64,000 nt of DNA, taken from Lama glama (Eukaryota). A program made the translations under genes and the position numbers. Location of the stretch: assembly GCA_028534125.1 (NCBI GenBank), contig CM052816.1, positions 80,106,001-80,170,000 of the forward strand. The letters run 5' to 3'. Shown here piece by piece: positions 60,104-64,000 of this stretch (the first letter of the stretch is position 1; every line of letters begins with the position of its first letter). Under the pieces are notes generated by a model. That model saw nothing but the letters and a program-made list of their open reading frames with translations. It was not told where the DNA came from and ran no database searches.

Positions 60104-62329
60104 ACAGGTTACATTTTACACGTGCCACTGGATGACAGGTATTAGAACTGCATCCTCTTTCTTGCCATTGAAGAAATCCTGACAGAGCTGGAAATGGAGT
60201 GTAATGGCGTTTCGAGAGCTAGGAACTAGTGTATTCTGGGAATCCAGAACAGAACTGCTGTTTATCCCTTCGGTCCTCTGGGGAGCAGGAGCTGAAGTCA
60301 GCATGCCAGTGACACTGTATTCTGTTCCTGCAATGTGGGTAAAGGCGCCTCCCTCCATCCCTTCCTGCCCCGGCTGGGGAAGAGGAATTTCCCTGGTTTC
60401 CTGGTTTCCCTGGAGCAGGGGCAGGTCTGGAAACAAGGGAAAGTCACCATCAATGAAGGAGGTGTAGGAGTAGACCGGAGAAAACAATTGCTTTGAGGGG
60501 GAAAAAAGTACTTGTTCCTACTCTAGAGTCTGCCTGCATTTAATTTGTACTCATTTGGTCTCTGCCACAGTTCAAGGCCTATATTGCATTAACTTTATAA
60601 CCCATTTCCTTACTTCCAGAGACTCCCCTCTCCAATTCATTCTCTGTGCTGCTGCCAGGATTATGCATCTAAAAATAGGAATCTGATTGATTCCCTTCAT
60701 ACACAAAACGCTGCATTATTTTTCTCCTTGTCTAGGAATCAGCTCTGGAACCCACCTGTCTTCCCAGCTGTACAAGTCACATCCTGCTCATCTTAGGTCC
60801 TTTCCTCACTTTCCTGCCCCTCAAAATCCTCCCCATCCTTTACAACCTCTACCATTGGCTAACGCTGCTTATAAAGCCTCTCCTGGTACCCCCAGCAGAA
60901 TGCACTTTCTCCTCCAGCTCCATCCTGGTGTGTCTGTCTCCGTTATTCTCCATCTGGCCAGAGCAGCATCCAACAGACCCTCAGGTTGTTTTGGAGACAG
61001 TACTGAATTCTTCATGTTACAATTTCAAGTTTACTCTGTTTACAGTCTTTGGGCATGTGGACCCAGATAGATGATGAAAAGAAAAAACGTGAAAAAATTC
61101 CTTCCTTCTTACGTTGGTCCTGATGCTTATACAACACCTTCTCTCCATCATGTACAGCAATCTGCTGCCCAGCAATCCTCTATTATGTGTAGCTGGATGT
61201 GTTACAATGTGGTCAGATGGTTCTCAGATGATTTTAAGTTCTTTTGAGGCATTTAATTATGACCACATGGATGCAGGTTCAATTTGAGGGTAGGCTGATT
61301 TTTTTCCTGAAACTGAGAACTGAAAATCTAGGGTTATTTATTTATTTAAGAATACAATCTCAAAACTTTAAAAGTTTGTCAAATAGGCAAACAAACTTTA
61401 CACAAAACACTGCAATTACTGAAGACCGTTCTCTTTTCCTTAGAAAAGCCAAGGTCCTTCAATGTAATTGAAGAATTTTGTTTTGTTTTGTTTTGTTTGA
61501 GCAGGATCAAATACTGTGGCTAATTCACCAGCTGCTTCCTTGGAGCTCATAAAAACTGGCCACGTAATTCCCACCCTACCCACTGCCCCCACCCCCAAGT
61601 GTACTTTTGTTTTAGAAATAATTTCTATTTCCTCTTTCTTGAAAGAGTTGCTAGCTTTGCATGGTAGCTTTCTTCAGTGGTGTGAGGGGGAAAAGCTAAT
61701 AGACTCTGCTGTCCTACCTGGTCCAGAAGGCTTCTGACTATGTCTTCAAGGTAAAGATTAAATGGTGTCATTTGAATGGTTTTATATGGGTCATTTGTGC
61801 AACTCGTTTAACAAGTTATTTTCATCATAGAGAATATAAAAAGGCCCTTTCCCTGCCAAAACAAAAACAGAGAAATAGAAGCTGTAGGATTAAAAAGCAC
61901 AGTGGCTTTCCTCTTGACGATAAAAGGGGCAGCAGGACTCACAGTTGCCATTCGGGCACTGGGGTCACCGTGAACCTGCCCGTGGATATCGAAGCGGATA
62001 AATCACATCAGGAGGGTACTCTGCACACATTGGGGAGGGCCCTGGACACATCAAATGACGTAACCAACTGATTTTGATAAGGGCTACTGCCTAGAATCCT
62101 ACTGGGTTATTCAGGGCCACTAAAATGTGGTTAAGATGTCTTTTTTTATATAAATGAAACATCAGTCTCATTTTAGGAGTAATTTCATTTTTGTGCCTCT
62201 CTTTCCTGTTTCAGTTTTTGCCCCTAAGAAAGAGGGGATGGATGGGTCTCACAGCTAAAAACTGTGAGAACATCACTTTTAAACCTGCCATGCAGGATCA
62301 AGGCCATAGGACAGGGCAGGAAACTTTGA

Positions 62330-62715
62330 GCTAAAACCCTGCACTTCCCCCCTATACATCAAGTCTCTTTCCAGTAGGACCCCTTTCACTGAATCCCTCC
62401 ATGACCATGCCTTTGTCTGTTCCCCTCCGACAGAATCAATTCCTTTGTCCTCTGGGCTCCTGTAGCACTGTTAAACAAATCTCTCTCTCCCCTGTCACGT
62501 GGTACTGTGGTTTCTTATTGGTTTGTTCTTGTACATCCTCAGGCTGGTCTAGAATGGTTCTGGGGCAGTGGACTGTATTGTATCTGTCTCCATTGCTAGA
62601 CCGTGTGAGCAGAATCCATCTTATCCATCCCTCTTTCATCACCGCCATTTGCACATACACATCCCTCTATTGTGACATCATCTTATAAAGGCTTAATAAA
62701 TGAATAAATGATTGA
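62330..62715 (+). mobile_element. L2 3' fragment
   Basis: 'tctgtctccattgctagaccgtgtgagc...ggcttaataaatgaataaatg'. Confidence 0.6.
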
Positions 62716-64000
62716 GCATTTGGGGAAAATATCCTCTAACATTTGTCAACCCAAATAGGCTGACTCTACCCCAATCAGACTATGACCGACCAGTCACTAC
62801 TTTCAGCACCAAAATGATAGAGTGGTCTCTGCCAGATGTCTATATGAGGGTCATAATTTTGTCTTTTTCAAAAAAATTAATTATTTTTTAACAAATTAAA
62901 TGCTACTGGGCACTGTTTCGCAAACAGCTTAGAAGTTATGTTGAGATCATCGTGGTTTTGCCCTCTGGGACAATGGTCTCTAAACCACTGTCTCTTTTAA
63001 ACCAATGGCCTTTTGGTTTTGCACCTTTGTCAGCAAATATTTTTGGCCACCCTGCATTGATATATAGATATAGTATACTATATACTCTATATAGACGAAC
63101 ATATATAAACCTAACACAGAATTGAAAAATAAAGAATTTCTAATAGTTTCTTTGCATATCCCAATGGATCTTCTTCCTAATACCTTGGGAGACCACTCTT
63201 CCGGACAACAGGGAACCAAAAATATTAACTACTTGGAAAAAAAATATCTGAGTCAACCCCAATAACACACCACCAAGGCACACTGCTGTGACAGCTAATG
63301 ATAATCTGGGTTGACTGACTCAAGGAGATGGCAGAGTTCCCCCTAAGGAGAGAGCTGCACCTTTGTTCTGGAAAACAGCCGATTGGAACTGATTGGTTAT
63401 GAGAGGTGAGTCCAGGCGGTCATAGTCTAGATGGAAGCAGCTTCAACTTGAAGAGTTAAATTGTTTGCTAAAAGACATAGGAATTTCAGTATTGTCTGCT
63501 GGAGCTGGGGGTGAGGGCCATTAGGACTCTGACAGAGAAGATGGGAAGAGATTTTGCTCTAAAGAGGGACAGTCTTGAGTAACATGGTGGAGTGTGAGAT
63601 CGTGGCTTTGAGTGGATCATGGCCAGTGAGACACAGAACATGCCAGAGAAGTATCTTTAAACCATGGTGTTGATGATCCCTTTGACAATACCATCATGAT
63701 ACTCTACCATTTCCAGAGGTCCAGTAAACATCTGTGTTTGCCTGACAGAATGGAACATGTGGGAAGCAGATAGTCATTCTGAAATTCTTTAAGGTGACCA
63801 GAGGCAAAGCGAACCAAGATCTGAGCCTGAGCTGGGAGTGAAGCTGAGGAGCCAGAGTGGGGAAAGAAGCAGAGAAAGAGCTGGTTGCAAGAAGAGCAGA
63901 GTCGGAGTGTAGCCTAGAGGACTGTGACCCTTAAAAGCGTGATGGGGGAGACCACATCCAGCAGCAGTGCAGGCTGAGGGCTTGAGAGTGTCATTTCATA

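Larger units (their letters stand above)
50480..63558 (-). pseudogene. Tentative long array of decayed Ig exons, unit E (one or more genes)
   Basis: Candidates 63558-~63265 (SAVF...LGGT), 62041-~61775 (ISTG..VT.QC), 61744-~61450 (QKPS...KEAAGE), 61191-60901, 60426-59851 (KKEDAVL[-1]TC, split by MIR, |gtgaga), ~59810-59520 (GEPL.RRCQ...TPDTGI), 58680-~57880 (LSSISDS, split by LTR), ~56345-55345, ~55298-54974, ~54945-54657 (PGKRALTFR), 54533-~53905 (DILQ[+1]KP.LS...YSTPSD, split by LTR); weak TM-like 50579-~50480. Confidence 0.35.

Noticed and set aside
1..64000. CRISPR arrays, rRNA, operons or other prokaryotic systems
   Set aside because: Mammalian repeat-rich DNA; no regularly spaced repeat-spacer array or such genes seen.

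Overview
Mammalian genomic DNA, very probably camelid (two copies of a tRNA-Ala(AGC)-derived SINE matching the camelid vic-1 type, plus cetartiodactyl-style L1 3' ends), with one 500-N assembly gap (32618-33117). I find no intact protein-coding gene; the ORF track is mostly noise. A large share of the window is interspersed repeats: MIR, L2, L3, L1, MaLR/ERVL/ERV1 LTRs, an internally deleted two-LTR ERVL provirus, Charlie1 and MER45A. The main observation is that much of the unique DNA between repeats appears to be a decayed tandem cluster of leukocyte-receptor-complex (LRC)-type Ig-like receptor genes. Evidence is ~240-340 nt phase-1 Ig-C2-like exons, exact 36-nt leader mini-exons, and 'DYTxxNxxRLG'-like transmembrane exons with short tails. 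Four units are best supported (19.8-26.9 kb minus, 28.4-32.2 kb minus, 34.5-38.1 kb plus, 42.2-48.9 kb plus) and four more are tentative. This was read by eye allowing substitutions and frameshifts, and an opposite-strand control gave a false-positive Ig-like reading, so weak exons are not evidence on their own and the cluster needs a frameshift-aware HMM test. Repeat family names come from remembered consensus sequences and most repeat boundaries are approximate.
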